Positions 11,091 to 25,238 are shown, counted from the first letter of the whole stretch. The stretch: DNA of 61,510 bases, filler included, from Basidiobolus ranarum (GCA_040143965.1; 8 parts of 8 records of this genome joined end to end with filler, not necessarily neighbours in it), one strand, 5' to 3'. The notes: generated by a model not told the origin, from the letters alone. Numbers and translations are program-made.

Positions 11091-13649
11091 ACTTTATATG
11101 TAAATAGGGGGGACTGAAGAGGGAATGTGATAGTAGTAGCTGAGATTTTAGGCTTCAATGTATATTTTTGTCAAGATAACTAAGCTCCAAGACTAAAGGT
11201 AAACCAAGGTGGATATGTAAGTAGGCTTGGCTGTTTGAGAGGGGATTACTAAACAGTAAGAATGAATGATTCACTAAAGGGGGAATTATACTATTTTTCA
11301 AGAATATTTGTAAATATTAAAATACGGATTCCGCCCAGAATTATAAATTGAAAATTTGTATAAAACAAATCGGCTAATATAAAAAAGTAAAATCAACATG
11401 CAGTCAGGTATCCATAACGAGTTTATATAGGAAAAGCAGGGAATTGGTCGTGACAAAAGGGAATATATATGAATCGCTCAAATTAAAGTTGGACTGTTGC
11501 CTTCAGCTACTAATTCCCACTTTAATCTGCAAAATAGCTGATTCGGATATGGCGCTCGGGATTGGCATTTCCTTTTATCCGCCTTTATTATCTCATCATT
11601 AGGGGTATTTTGAGGGGAAACTATGTATTTCTGGTTTCAATAATATGCCATTTGTCGACGGAGTATTCCAGGTACTCTTGAATGATAGGATCATGATCAC
11701 ATTGCATCATAGCTATGTAATCAACGCCAATAACTCAAGGTGTCGGCTTGAATACGCCTTTTAGGGCATCAGGATTGAGATTATCCCTGTTCAGCCGGGT
11801 GTGCATTGTATTGTTGATGTATGACGAAATTGAATGCTGTACCAAATTTGGGAACAAACTCGGGGCTACGCGAGAAATATTCAAGCCTAAAGGTTACATC
11901 ATGCGGTGAAAATTTCACAACCAGCAACGTTTCAAGCCCCGTCGTAATGTATCTCCTGTCTAATTTACGATAAAGAAAATTACTTTGGTGTCACCGTTTA
12001 TTCCTAGGCAAGGCTAAAACATCATTTACTTCTTTAGCGCTAGCATCGTACGTTATGGTTAGTGGTGCCATCTTCACCCCTATTTATTTATCAAACAATG
12101 ATATACAATGTTTCAATGTGGGGGTCGGTGTTTGTCCAATCAGCATATGACTTTAAGATGCGCGTATCAAGGCTTTGAGCTTTACATTGTGTTTAGTAAG
12201 CATCACACAATCAAGAGTTGTTTGCAGATGGCTTCCAGTATGGCATGGTTGAGTCTCAAAAGCTCACAACCAGATACTCATGTTGAAACTAGCTGACCAT
12301 TTTTTCAAGACTGATTTTTCTGCATGTCTATTGTGAATGTATCCAACCATGTAAGCGTGATTTTTACGCGAGTTTAATGATCCAAATTCATTTTGGTTCG
12401 ATGATGTGTAGACTGGTTGTGATCTACACAACCGCCATATTTCCCTCTGCCAAGATCCACCTCGAAATAGCTAGAGTGAGATATGCTACCAACGCTGTCT
12501 GGCAATATAATAGAGTGAAACCTGATTACAAAGTGATATTGTTTAGTGATCTCGTAGTCCAATTACGTAACTTGTACATTGCAATTCAGCAGAATGAATT
12601 TATTTATTACGAATCAAGAAGGTTAATAGACCACACGTTCCTTACTGATACACTGTACTCTTTGAGGCAGTAGGTACGTCTGAAGAGGATACTGTATTAC
12701 TACAGTTTGGGATGGCTTTGAATAAAGTGCAGTAATTAAGAGGTATTGGTGTTAACAGTACAATACTAGGCTGGCACCACACTCTTCCCATTGACTCTCT
12801 TTGGCCGTTGCCTTTGTATTGGTTGTGCTCATTGCCGGCAGGATATACGTTCGCTTCCACAACAATCATCTTAGTCGCTGTTCATCCATAGACCAGTATC
12901 GATAACGAATTCACACTCTCATCTAAACCGCCATCGTCATTGGGTGTTATGGTACTTGCTCCTATGACTCTAGCTGATATGGTGTGGGTCATGGGAAAAA
13001 TGCAGATAAATCATCACAATGCAGCATAGTTGAGAGGTAGATTGAGAACAAAACAAATATCCAGGTCGAAGATGGATGTGACGAGAATGATGAAATTACT
13101 TGATTTGATTGGAATGAGATTTCCATAGAAAGCCATCCCCTTTTTTTCCAGAGTTAGTAATACTCTGAGTGCGATTTGGATATATATGTCGATTGATTAC
13201 TCTCGATTTAACCTAGGTCGATATCATTCGAGGCCTGATTTGGTTCAGACATCATTGACTCGTTTATTCAGCGAGTGGAATCGGATGCAGGGACACTTCA
13301 CCTTAACATATCCGATTTCCCAATGGATCACAACATGATAGAGTGATGAAGGGCTTCCCTTTTGTAGACCATCCACCACATGCATGGTGTAATGTTAGAC
13401 CAAAGTTGTCCTGGACATACAGTAGGCAGTAAGCCCAACAAGAAAGTCACTTAAGATCCGGTGCAGATAGAAATGTTCATGTTTACTTGGATGTTAAATA
13501 GTCAACAATACTCTAGAAGCAACACACCACCCCAATGGCCTGTGACTCTCATGTCGTGATAGAAAGGTTGAAAGGGGAGGGGAGAAGGGCTAATATACAA
13601 GAATCTAAATGTCATGATAGATGAAGGTACGCATAACTAACAGAATCCC

Positions 13650-14471
13650 TTAACGAAATTCGAATGATGATGAGGAATGTCGAGGGATTTGATACAATGT
13701 GAGTTGTTGGAACCATTCGGAGTTTTGATGGTAATAATAGCCAGTGATGGTTCCTGTGGAGAGTTGAAAGCAAATGTAGTAGAAACCGGCAAAACTGGCC
13801 CCACTAATCGAGCGAACCCGATGATCTGGGACCAAGAAGTGTTCTTTCCAACGCATGAATATGAAGTCTTTGTTCTTGTTATCGTATTTGAACCCGTCTC
13901 GATTGAAATCGTTCGAGTACTCTTTGAAAGCAGGGAATTTGAGCTGTTTTGCAGTGGATGTGGTATGATTAGTATGGTGATCTATGGTTATGATGGATAG
14001 AAGTGTCTTCAAACCCACCCAATGCTGCTTGTCTATCATTTCGTCGGCCACCCATTTTCGAGTCAGAAAAGAGTGTGTAGGCCCGATAATCTCAGCATCG
14101 AAGAAAGTAGTGAGGTCTGGATAGTCCTCCGTTAGGCCGGTAATGTTCAAGTAGCCACATAGGTAAGAGTCATCAAGGTTGACATGCTAAATGGAAGTAT
14201 ATTAGTAACCGTGGCCGCAATCGAAATATCATCATGCTGTGACACAATTACCCACCTGAATATCAATGATTACTTTGTAGCTGTGCCGTCCACTCCTCTG
14301 GTGGCCAGTGAACTGACTTCCTGAGTAAAGGGTGCAGGTCCCAGTTGATGGCTGCCTCATCATGTTGAGTTGCATAGGTTTGACAATTGGGTCATCCTGT
14401 TCTTCCTGATTCGAATGATTTTTCTGGGTGCTAATATCTACAGGCCCTACAGTCAGAGAAGTAACGGGCAT
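13650..14471 (-). CDS. GID4: GID complex substrate receptor Gid4/Vid24 (3 exons)
   Basis: [20 protein letters not shown] / [41 protein letters not shown] / [42 protein letters not shown]. Confidence 0.93.
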
Positions 14472-15347
14472 TGTTAGGAATCAGCCGGGAGAATGGAGGA
14501 GTTTCGTGTTACTTCGAGGACTGGTTTTAGAAGGTCAAACCGAGAAAGTACGTCTCTTTATACGAGATTGATGATTAGGTTTCGCCAGAATTGTGTTTGA
14601 TTCGAACTAGATTGAGCGTTTCCAATTGTTCTAAATCTATTCTATGTGACGTATCACAGTACACCAATGATCAAGGAAATCAATTAACGGTATAACATTG
14701 GTAAGTGTTCAATCATGAGGTCTTATTATTAGCTTTTTCTAATTTCCGCCCTCTTCAACGATCCCCAATAATTGTATTTACGCGTCTAGTCTGAAAGACT
14801 GGCTCTCTCGGTGATAGACATATTATGGGTTAGTCGATGTGTTCTGCAACAACATACTAGTAGTAACCTTCAAGCACACGTCGAGCCGGTGGAAGTGATT
14901 GGTTCTCCGTTCTTGTATCGTATCATGCATGCAAGATGACTCCTAGGCAGCTGAGAGTGAAAGTCAGCTACAAGCTTTTATATCGTTACCAGGGGCACCT
15001 GTAAGATCAGAGAGTGTTAAGCGGAAAATACTCGATGGTCGGGTATTTTGGATAGTAATTCCTGGGGGGATGAACGCTTACCAATCCGCCTGAGTTGAGC
15101 CCTACCACTCGCAGCAGTGTTTGCTCACGACATAAGCATTGCTGTTGCGGAATACAATGAGGTTAATTGGACAGCGATGTAGACACAGGATCTAACACAA
15201 CTCGAGATACGGGTATTCATCTCTGTTCCGATTCCCATTCTCTCTTTGCGTAGATAGCCATAAGCCATATTGTGGTGGAGTAATCCAGAAGGGATTTCCA
15301 ATCACCGCGTCCGCAGTACAATTCAAGTGAATTTTGATGACCCACAG

Positions 15348-15447
15348 NNNNNNNNNNNNNNNNNNNNNNNNNNNNNNNNNNNNNNNNNNNNTTAATTAAT
15401 TAANNNNNNNNNNNNNNNNNNNNNNNNNNNNNNNNNNNNNNNNNNNN
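15348..15447. other. Artificial contig linker
   Basis: Same 100-nt N/TTAATTAATTAA/N spacer. Confidence 0.98.
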
Positions 15448-15929
15448 TAGTGTTCCATCGTCTTTATTCCCTCTACTTTGATTGCTGTTAACACTCGGGC
15501 AAAAGTTGGCCTCCGAACAGGTTTCTCCACCAACAGAGACAGTAATTTGTGGATGTCCATTGGGATTGTTTGGTGTATATAAATCGAAGAAAATACCACC
15601 ACTACCACTAGTACACTGATAACTATTTACACCATTACTCGGTGCACACTGAGCAGGTACGCCACCGACACGATAATCGTTTGGAAAAACGACACTACTT
15701 TGAACAGCGTCTGTCGAAGTTTGACAAACGTTCAACTGATAACGAAATGTGTAAGATGACTGGAAACCCGAAACTCGAGAATAAGAACATGCTAAACAAG
15801 GAAGGAAAGAAGAACTTATTATTATCGTTTACAGAAATTTCTGCATTTTGAAATAAATTACTTACAAGAAGCAACTGTATTAACCAACGTTGTTAGTATT
15901 ACTATACTCAGTAAAAGCTTTCCACTCAT
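15448..15929 (-). CDS. Secreted Cys-containing protein of unknown function (2 exons; truncated at the contig end)
   Basis: Exon 1 (15929-15866) is MSGKLLLSIVILTTLVNTVAS, a signal peptide. Intron 15865-15792 is GTAAGT..TTTAG. Exon 2 continues in frame: SCSYSRVSGFQSSYTFRYQLNVCQ..QCAPSNGVNSYQCTSG..TCSEANFCP... Confidence 0.7.
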
Positions 15930-16860
15930 TCTGTGTTTTAACATGATAAGTGAGGAGCTGTTCCTAAGGTGTATCGTTCTGTGGGTTTTAATTGACAACC
16001 GCTATGGTTCAGGGGAAAGGATATGGAGTTGAATGCCAGCACAATTAAGAAATTTATCAAAGCTGCATATATACTGCTACTTTATATTCACCACAGAATG
16101 ATTGGTAGATGCGGCGAGCAGAAACGATCCTAAAATTTACCAGAAAAAAACGAGGATAAATGTGCTGATTTACAAAAAGGTTAATTCTAACAATCCATCA
16201 GCATCTTAAACGAGCACAGTGTATTTAAGTATATATAGGAACCCAGACCAATGCTATTTTGAGTGATATGAATCTGGAAATCATCACTTGAAAACCTGAT
16301 TCTCTCATAATTAACCAATTTAAAATTAGATATGGACAGCCAATTCGAGCTGGCCATCCGTTTAGGCTAATAACTGCTTTTAGTAGTCAAGAAGCGTTCA
16401 CAATTGGCTTGGTCTCGTGGATAATTTAGAATATTTCCTTTGTTGTTCAGAATAATTGGTGGCCCAAATGATTCGTGACCAGGAGATAACTTTCCGTTTC
16501 TAATAGAATAATGGATCATGTAAGCACGGTGCATTATGGGCTTCCCTACACGCATCACTCTACATACGTAAACAATACAGTGGTACTCCCACATTTCTTG
16601 CCTATAGCCTGATCTCATAACCTACCTGGTCAAGTTCGGGAGTCTTCTCCTTCGTGCGCATCTGGCGTCTATCATGACCTGACTCTAACCCAGTATTTAT
16701 CTGCGTTGCGTGTAGCACTTTGACAGACCGTTTCTCTAGACTGTGTTACCTTCCTTGTGGCTCAAAGTGCAGAGGTGTCTGACATGTTGTATGCTGATAT
16801 CTATTGAAAAACTAATCACCACTCTTCATTGAGCAGTTCGATTAGCAAATCTTATTCTAG

Positions 16861-19644
16861 TCATTGTGGCTCTGATGGGTTTCCAGATATTTTCACGAGG
16901 AGGTCACTTGGTCTCCAGGAACTCATGTCTGGAAAGTCTGCGCTTATATCCAGATGTTTTTGCTTATGCTCGTTTACTGTTTGGATGATAAGAGTGCGTT
17001 TTCTAGTTAATTCCTTTATTGTGGGGTGGAAAGAATTCGTGTCGTTGCTCCAAATAAAAGGTATGATGGAATCTAACTAACGGCTTTACTACCTTGTTCA
17101 AAATACATACAATAAAATACCGGTACTGGCGTATGATTGACTTTTCGGCTATTCTGTGAAACACTTAATCAAGTCGTAACCAGTCCATGGCGAAAGTTTA
17201 TTAATACACCTGTCCACTGATGGGCTTGGGTGAGAATTTGCTCCTGATCGTTTCATACCAGATAGCTTCTTCGACCATTGATCACGTGCCTTCGGATTCT
17301 CAAATCCATACAGAAATGTTTTATTAGCTGCGTCCGTTGGGAACTCGACTAGAATCGAGTTCCTCATATAGCTCGGCTCCAAAGTAAATAAACACCTGGG
17401 AATGCTGCAATATTTTTGTGCACGTGAGCCTAGTTTGATGAAAGTTAACCATTTTCTTCCGGTCGTATTAAAGCGGAACTTTAAGGTTTGTTGGGTACTG
17501 CAAGTGAAATCCAGTACTTCAGGCTCACAGACCAATCCATCCCCAACTGGCTTTATTCTAAAATTCTTATCAAGTGCTGAAACTTGAATAGTAATTTCAG
17601 TCATTTCATTCACACCCATGTGACTCGTCTCCGGGCATTCCACTGATATAGCTAATGTTGAAGTAGCCTCATCTACCGCAGTCTCTAGTTTATCTCGTTG
17701 AATAGAGGTGTAAATTTCTGTCAATAATTCTTCGGAAATATTGTCTATGTCGGAGTCTTGAAATCTCGATACAAAATCCGGAAGTTCAAAGTTACTGTTG
17801 GATGAGCATTTTTTGTTGTGCAGGTCAGCATTAAGTGCCATCACGTAAAATACAAACTTTGTACATGTCTCCAGATCGTATTGTATTCTGGTTTGGTTGA
17901 GTTCGTACCAGTGTTTAGCAAATGCTTTAACCAGATAATCGATTACAGTACCTTCCCCGGGAAGTCTAAATGAGGCTAGGAACACCCTTAACGCGTCATC
18001 AATCCGTAAACCGAAGAGTTTACACTTATCTAAGAATGCAGCCAAAATAGAGTGATTATTTTCCATTCCTAAAAATTTTCCTAATTGTTTCTTGCTCAAG
18101 CCTGGCGTTTTATGCAAGAATCCGGCAATACTATTTGGGTCCGTTTTTATAATCGACTTGTCAATCATGTACTTTACGCCTTCCCATGGGCAATTCTTAA
18201 ATTTACGCACTGCAACGGTAAACACTGGATGGGGTGCTACACTGGTTTTGAAACTACGTAACTTCTTGTTCTTGCTATCGCGAATTCCTTTGAAATGAAT
18301 CGTATCTAATACGATACAGTGTTTGACCTGGAAATGTGAGTGAAGCCCAAGACGTTGATTCTTTTCTACACCTATTGGTTTTGTTACGACCAATAAATCA
18401 TCAAATAGGAAGAGATAGCGAAGCTTTACTGCATCAGTGTTAATTATTTGATAAGCAAAGTCGTGCAAAAGTACTTGGCGCGCTTTGGATGGCTCAATGA
18501 CCATTGAAGTCAGAGAGATTGGTATATCGGAGCCATTCACCCAAGACTTGTCCTTTCCCTCGGCTGGTAGCTTCTTTTCACTTTCGAGAACCTCTTTCTG
18601 ATCCAATCGAGGTTGCAATGACTTAGGGGTTCTACTACACGCTTCAGTAGTGATCTTGGTTGATACCACTTTATCTTGATTTGAACGTGTTGGGCAAGTA
18701 ATTGAGGTGGTGATTTTAATGTTGCTATCTGCTCGCAGGTTTCCTAAACATCCACGTTGAATAAGGTTCCTATTAATAATGTCGGAGGTGCAATATTTAG
18801 TCTTCAGTTTGGATATCGATCTTTTGGGAGATTCTGTATCTAATTCGGTTTGGTCGTTGTAAAGGGCTTTTAAAGAGTCCGGTGTTAATTTGAAATTGGT
18901 CAAAGAGCTTGGCGCTGGTTCGCGATGTAACAATGTTTCAACGCTGGGTTGTACGTTTGTGGATAAACATTTATAAGAATCCAAGATTTGAGGAGTTTCT
19001 ATTGAGCCTTCAGTAGTCAAAGTGAGGTTCAAACGGTCAGAAAAGGTAGTCAAGAAAAAAGATGGACCCATATTGGAAAGAAACTGTGAATATCTGTCTG
19101 AACAGATGGATAGTGTGTTTTGTTGGGAGAGAATATTACATTGAGTCACAAAAACCCTAGAAGAAGCGGTCAGACAAGCGGAGTAGTCAGGTTTTTCATA
19201 AAACTCCAATCTACTGTGTTCAGCAAGAGAATTGTACCCTCTATTTTCTGATATGGTTGAAACTACAAAGGTAGCGGACACTCTTTCTGCCACAGGCTGA
19301 TTCGTACCTTCCAGTATCACTTTGCACAACTTCTCTTTGGTCAATCTCATCTCAGTGGAAGTCCTTGTGTTCAATTGAACCCTATTGACTTTGATATCCT
19401 TTCCAAGAGGAAGCAAGCCGTCTTTAACCAGAGTTTGAACTACCGAAGGTGGATTCACCACTTCGTTGGTATCTGACGTTCTCAAATTGGGATAGTGCAT
19501 TAGGAGTTTGTCTCCACGTGGTGCGAGCTGCTTTACCTTTTTATCAAAATTCTTGGAGGTTTTGTTGGCTAGCATATCCTCTGAATCGAATTTCTCTTCC
19601 ATTGTTGCGGTCGTAAAAGGATGTAGTAATATTAAATCTCCCAT
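16861..19644 (-). CDS. Sec7-domain ARF guanine nucleotide exchange factor with PH-like segments
   Basis: 831-aa ORF containing IAGFLHKTPGLSKKQLGKFLG, IDDALRVFLASFRLPGEGTVIDYLVKAFA and VMALNADLHN (Sec7 motifs including the catalytic Glu). Probable small 3' exons extend it to a TGA at 16861-16863. The start could instead be the ATG at 19602. Confidence 0.88.
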
Positions 19645-22600
19645 CTGTGAGCAAATTTGTAAATACGGAAGATCGGCACTGTGGTGAGATATTAGGTATT
19701 GTTAATCCAAAGTATACAAGAACAATGAAGTCGAAATTTGGGAGAATGACAATATATATGTGCGTGTATGTGTTGTGTAGGATACTATCTATCAAGGGTG
19801 AATAGAAGGTTTAGGAGCGGAGAGCAAAGAAAACGTATGATATAATATTAAAAGGAGGATCGAGAGAGTTTCATGACATCTCTTACCGCAAGAGATATTC
19901 ACTCGGAGTTTGTTGCATACTATGCGGAATTAACTCCTTCAATGAGCACCCTAACAATGGAAGAGTTACAAACTATCTCAGACACAAAGTGTAAACAGAG
20001 ATAATGAATGCCATACAGGTTGCTATTATAAATTCTGAAACCACGCGGGGTTCTGGCCTAAGATACATTCTATTCTCACAGGCGTGGTCATTGCTAATGG
20101 TGATCTGGTTGCAGTTGATCTGCATGAGGATTGTTTGTAAGCACATGAAGCAGCTTCTCTAGTAGTCTGCCAGCACTTCAATATCAGATTGAATAGCACT
20201 GAGTCATGCATGTCCATAGCTATCCTAAAAATGTGGGCATGGAGCTACGATGTAGGTTGATGCTTCAGTGGGACTCGTAAGTACCGTATTAGATGCTCAC
20301 TTACATCAGGGATAATAGCTGTAAAAAAGAGACTCCCCATATTGTTAATATATTCCTAGTATTCATAGAGCACCATTGCAGGGATGTACTTTATCTAGTG
20401 CCATAAATAGCAAAACCTTACGTATATACAGCAGTCCTCAAAGTATCGAAGGGGATCAAGTATTCAAGATAGTCACCTTAATGGTTTGATATGGCTGATA
20501 TACTGAAGTACGATGCAGTTAATGGAAAGATAAATTGATGTTTGTTAGGCTTAACGCAACAAACTATTCATAAATATGTAGTCATTTGATGCTTATTATC
20601 CAACTATCGCCCAGTCCAAAGCCAGGTCACATTTTGGAACATTCAAGATTTCCCAGTATTAATGGAGTTAACTTCAGTAATGGAGGCTTTGGATTTGCAC
20701 CTGAGAATTCCTAGTTAGCGCATCAAGTAAATACCAGAAGCAAAAAAATAGCATTAGCCTAGTTTCCTTCGACATATGCTTTTGGCTGAATCATGCTTAA
20801 GACGCACATTTTGTTATTACGTGCCTATTTTATCACTTTTATTATAACACCGATTTGATTGATGCCTGTAATTATCTTTGGCAGGCAGTAAGCTGAAGGG
20901 AAAGCGATTACAAGAAGGTCAATCAAGATTTTATCGTTATTCTGAAGAGCAATGAAGTAAAACCAAGATGAACCCAAATCATGCTCGTAAATCATAACAC
21001 TCTTGAAGGTAATAAAAATCAAAGCGAACCATAATGCTCCGTATTTGGGAGATTCTCTCCTTTGCATATGGAATTCTAAGTGTAGTATATTGACATTTGT
21101 TATGCCTATCTCTCTAGATGTTACTATCTCATGTATTACATCAAAGTTAGTTGAAAACTATTGGTCAAAGCTTGTATATATAATCTAACAATAAACAATA
21201 ATAAATCTATAGAAATATGGAGGCAATCGCAACCCAAAAATCAATGATCCTGATTTGGTGATTTCTTTTTCGAACCAGATCACTTGCCATCTACATTGCT
21301 ACACAATATCAAAACACAGTTAGTACTGTATAAATAAATCACACTAATTTGATTGGTTCTTCAGTAGATGGCGTTTGGACGGAACACAATATATTTCCAT
21401 AATGTGTGAAAGACTTCAAGAAACTATTGAAGAATCTCCCAATCCAGAATCTTAGCGTTATGTGCTTTATTTAGTGTAGTTAATATATCCTTAAGCTAAC
21501 ATTGGCTTACCCAGTTATTAGAGCATTAATGCGTAGCATTTGTTTATAGAGAAGAATTGTGTTACCAAAATATTTCCTGCCTCAAAAAGAGAGAAAAGAG
21601 GACAGTATCAGTAGAGAACAATTACTGTAAATATTAAGTAAAGAAAAAGGTTGAGAAAGGTTGAGTTTCAGTCTTCGCTTGATAACTTAGGTTAGTTATT
21701 CCTTATTGAGATTATGGGGACAATCATCAAACTATTATGTAAGTATTGTTCCTTCTATGAGAAGTACTGCAATGAAGCATTTGTGATGTTGAGACTAGCA
21801 TTGCCACCAATATGTATTATCTTTTTCCTCAACTGATATTCAGATACGGTGGTACCAAGAGATGTCAGATAAATAACCTTTCAGAGATGTTTGATTAGAA
21901 TTGCAAAGTTGGATGTTCAATCAACTAATTACCAACTAAGCACAACGTGAAGTAGTCCAAATGGAGTAATTTTGAGAGAATTTGTGATTTGCGGAGGGAT
22001 TTAGAGGAAATGGAACTATTATCAGTCTGAGTAATGTTTCTTCAAGTACGTGCAACATATATGTGATTAGATCTATAAATTTGGGATAACAAGTGCGTAT
22101 TATAAATCCAGGTTTAATACTTATACTGAGCTGATTTGAACATACCTTGCTCCTAAGCTATGCTGTGATTCTAAGAATATACATCGTAATTGAGGTTTCA
22201 TGAGAATATCAGCAAACATGTACAGTTGGATATAGTTATAAGTATTACAAACATGGTGCCCATGGCTTAGCTGACAGAGTGGTGTTGAATATGTCAGAAG
22301 AAATTGCTATTGGCCTGAAAATTCCCTCCTGTACAATCAGGAGAAGTAGAAGATATCTTTGGGCCAGTAGCTATACTAACTAAGTACTGACCACTGAGTC
22401 CATTAAATTTGAAGAATTCTTGATGTGTTGTTTCCCATGGAGCTGCAATTAATATACTACATCCAAGAAGCATGCATTCATTAGTAAATGAAACAAAACA
22501 AGTAGTTACGGTAAAATGGAATCACCTTCAATATATAAAGAGTGATCTTGTAATCACTCACCTAGATAATAAATTTCTAATGAATTTTAGGGTCAAAATA

Positions 22601-23058
22601 ACAACTAAATTCTTGGATTATCTAGTAAAGACAAATTCCCTAAGTACTTAAATAATATATCCATGGTACTAATATTCTTCAATTCCAATAATTGCATAAG
22701 AGCTGATTTATATTTCCACAAAACAAGTAAAAATCAATCCGACAATCCCAAACGCCTGTAATTATTCTTAAACATGTCGGACATTTCCCAACATATTATT
22801 CACCAACGCAAGTTGAACACGTCGAAGAAAGTGTTGTAGGCAATATCTAGGTTTAGAGTTCTTCTTGCCACTTAAATTAATTCTCTAGCGCTACTAACAA
22901 GTTTGAAGCTACAACAAAAGGTTTTCAACCTTTGCCAGATAGCGTGAAGAAGTTACAAATACGTCATTTAGAATAGAGGATTTTTAGCGACATCGTTCTA
23001 CTACTACTGGTTAATGTAAAGCTGATTGAGTAAACACTGGCATTCAGAATCTGGCAAT

Positions 23059-23158
23059 NNNNNNNNNNNNNNNNNNNNNNNNNNNNNNNNNNNNNNNNNN
23101 NNTTAATTAATTAANNNNNNNNNNNNNNNNNNNNNNNNNNNNNNNNNNNNNNNNNNNN
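23059..23158. other. Artificial contig linker
   Basis: Same 100-nt spacer. Confidence 0.98.
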
Positions 23159-23953
23159 GAAGATAGCGGATTGGATACGATAGGGAGTGACGATATCTCG
23201 AGATTAATCAAATCACTTGACTTGAAATTACTTGCTGGTGTACGCTCACTATCTGCAACTGCTTCGAGGAGCTTTTTGGGGTTAGATCGCCTCTCCAACC
23301 TTCCAAGTGTGCTTCCACTATCAGATCCCAGGTTACCTTTATTATCCTGTGTCCGGCGCTGATAGAAACCCGCTGAAAAGGCGCCCATTTATGCATGACA
23401 CAACTGTACATGTGTACCCTGAGTTTAAGCGTTTCGGTGGGTAGACGACAAAAGAGTGGATCCAATCTTGGAGATTGTACTTCACCCAGTGAATTGCCAT
23501 TTGGAAGCATGAGGCTATCAAGCACCCAGCGATATTTCTAGCAATTGGGTGCTGAGTTTAGCTTCTGGCCATATAAGGATTTGAAAGTCGTGGGCAGCGA
23601 AATCGCATCTAGTAGGGATTCGTATATTCATTAGGACTTTTCAATGCAATTTCCAAGATCAACATATCTAACCTCCAAATCGCCTATTTGTGACCAGATT
23701 GTTTGGGATTTCTTGATACTTATTTTAATTTGAGAAACATCAAGTAGTGCTGGCGGTGGCGGTGTTGAGCTGAGTGAGATTGATGGATCACTAGCTGGCA
23801 AGCGCTGGGCAAATCGCATTTGAACACCAAGTCCTCGTAGTCACTTAAAGCTGGAGTCAGAACAAAAAGTATTGAAGCTGCGATTAAGTTCTCAGAAACA
23901 GACTCAGGGACTTTATCACATGGAGTCATCGCGTATGATAGGAAATGTTCAAC
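23159..23953 (-). pseudogene. Probable disrupted coding sequence, family not recognised
   Basis: ORFs 23631-23819 and 23208-23525 share one frame interrupted by in-frame stops. ORFs 23720-23929 and 23107-23388 join them by apparent frameshifts. Confidence 0.35.
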
Positions 23954-25238
23954 CTGTCAATTGGCTAGTTGTTGAGACGGGACTTGCCAATTGTCTACTA
24001 GGTGGAATTGGACTGCCTGTTTAAGATGTCGTTAGGCTAATTGATGGTTGGAGTTTCTTAAACTGTTTACCTTGATTGAGTTGAGCTGGTGTGATTTCTT
24101 AACGCTCATCTGAGTCTAAGTGACACCTTGAACCATTTCTAGCTGGCGCAAATAATGCACGCTGTATCTGCCTTTGAGCTGCAGTCTTGTCAGCTTGGTT
24201 CGTTGGTCATTCGTGTCGTAATTGATGCCATTCTACAGATTCAAGATATCCAGGTATCCTATTTATCCCGAATACTTTGTCCTATCTCTGATTTGCTCCC
24301 AACATCACCAGTGACTCATATCCCAAGACATACGAGATACGGCTATCAACATACTTTATTGTGGGTATGCTATGATAGTGATAGTCGAGGCCCAAAAAAC
24401 ACCTAGCACCCTAACAACCAGTGAATTGAAATGGTGCCGAACAACGAATAAGTGCATTAACAGTAATATTCACCATAGTGGTCCCATGATTTGCAAATCA
24501 ACGACTTCTCAGATTTACCCAATAAAGTTACTTGTTCAGGTTGTGTTTCTTCAACGATATCCACTCTGATATCCCTGATCTAGTCGAGATCAGCTACATT
24601 GCTTGTGAAAAGGAAATATCTGACTCACTAATTTGAACATGTCAAACCCTCTAATGACTGGCACATTCTCTAGTAATACTCACATCAATCTATTAGGTAT
24701 CTTTACTTGTTGATCATTCTGGGCTTGTGCATAGGATAGTGATATTTAAACGAAAGGACTATTCACTATATATGCTAGTTAAACATACTACATGGTAACT
24801 AATGAAGTACTCAAGATATTAAATCAGTTTAGTACAGAGAGTGGGAGATCAACGCCACTAATTCATGTATAAATTAGGAAAAAACACATGCGCTCATGGG
24901 TTCTATATTAGGAATATAGCTTGAATCTCTAACGAAACCAAAGAGATATTTTATGAGAAATAGAAAGTGAAATCATTTCTTGATGTTTGTATTTTAGTTG
25001 TCGTTGAACTATACTTTTCCACAGATCATTTTGTTTTGGGACCATTATTGTGGTTAGTTGAAATCATATATGCAAGGGTACTAATTAAAGGCTTCATTTA
25101 AAGTGATGGTAGGGCAAAACACAGTTGATGTATGAATACATGAATGTACAACATAATGGAGAAAATATCAAAATCATACAAGATATTAGCATAATCCATT
25201 CGATCAAGGTATATATGAGAAGTTAGGTAAAATCGGCA

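Noticed and set aside
11100..13600. Short ORFs (62-98 aa) between the hydrolase and GID4
   Set aside because: No motifs or consistent exon chain; compatible with chance ORFs.
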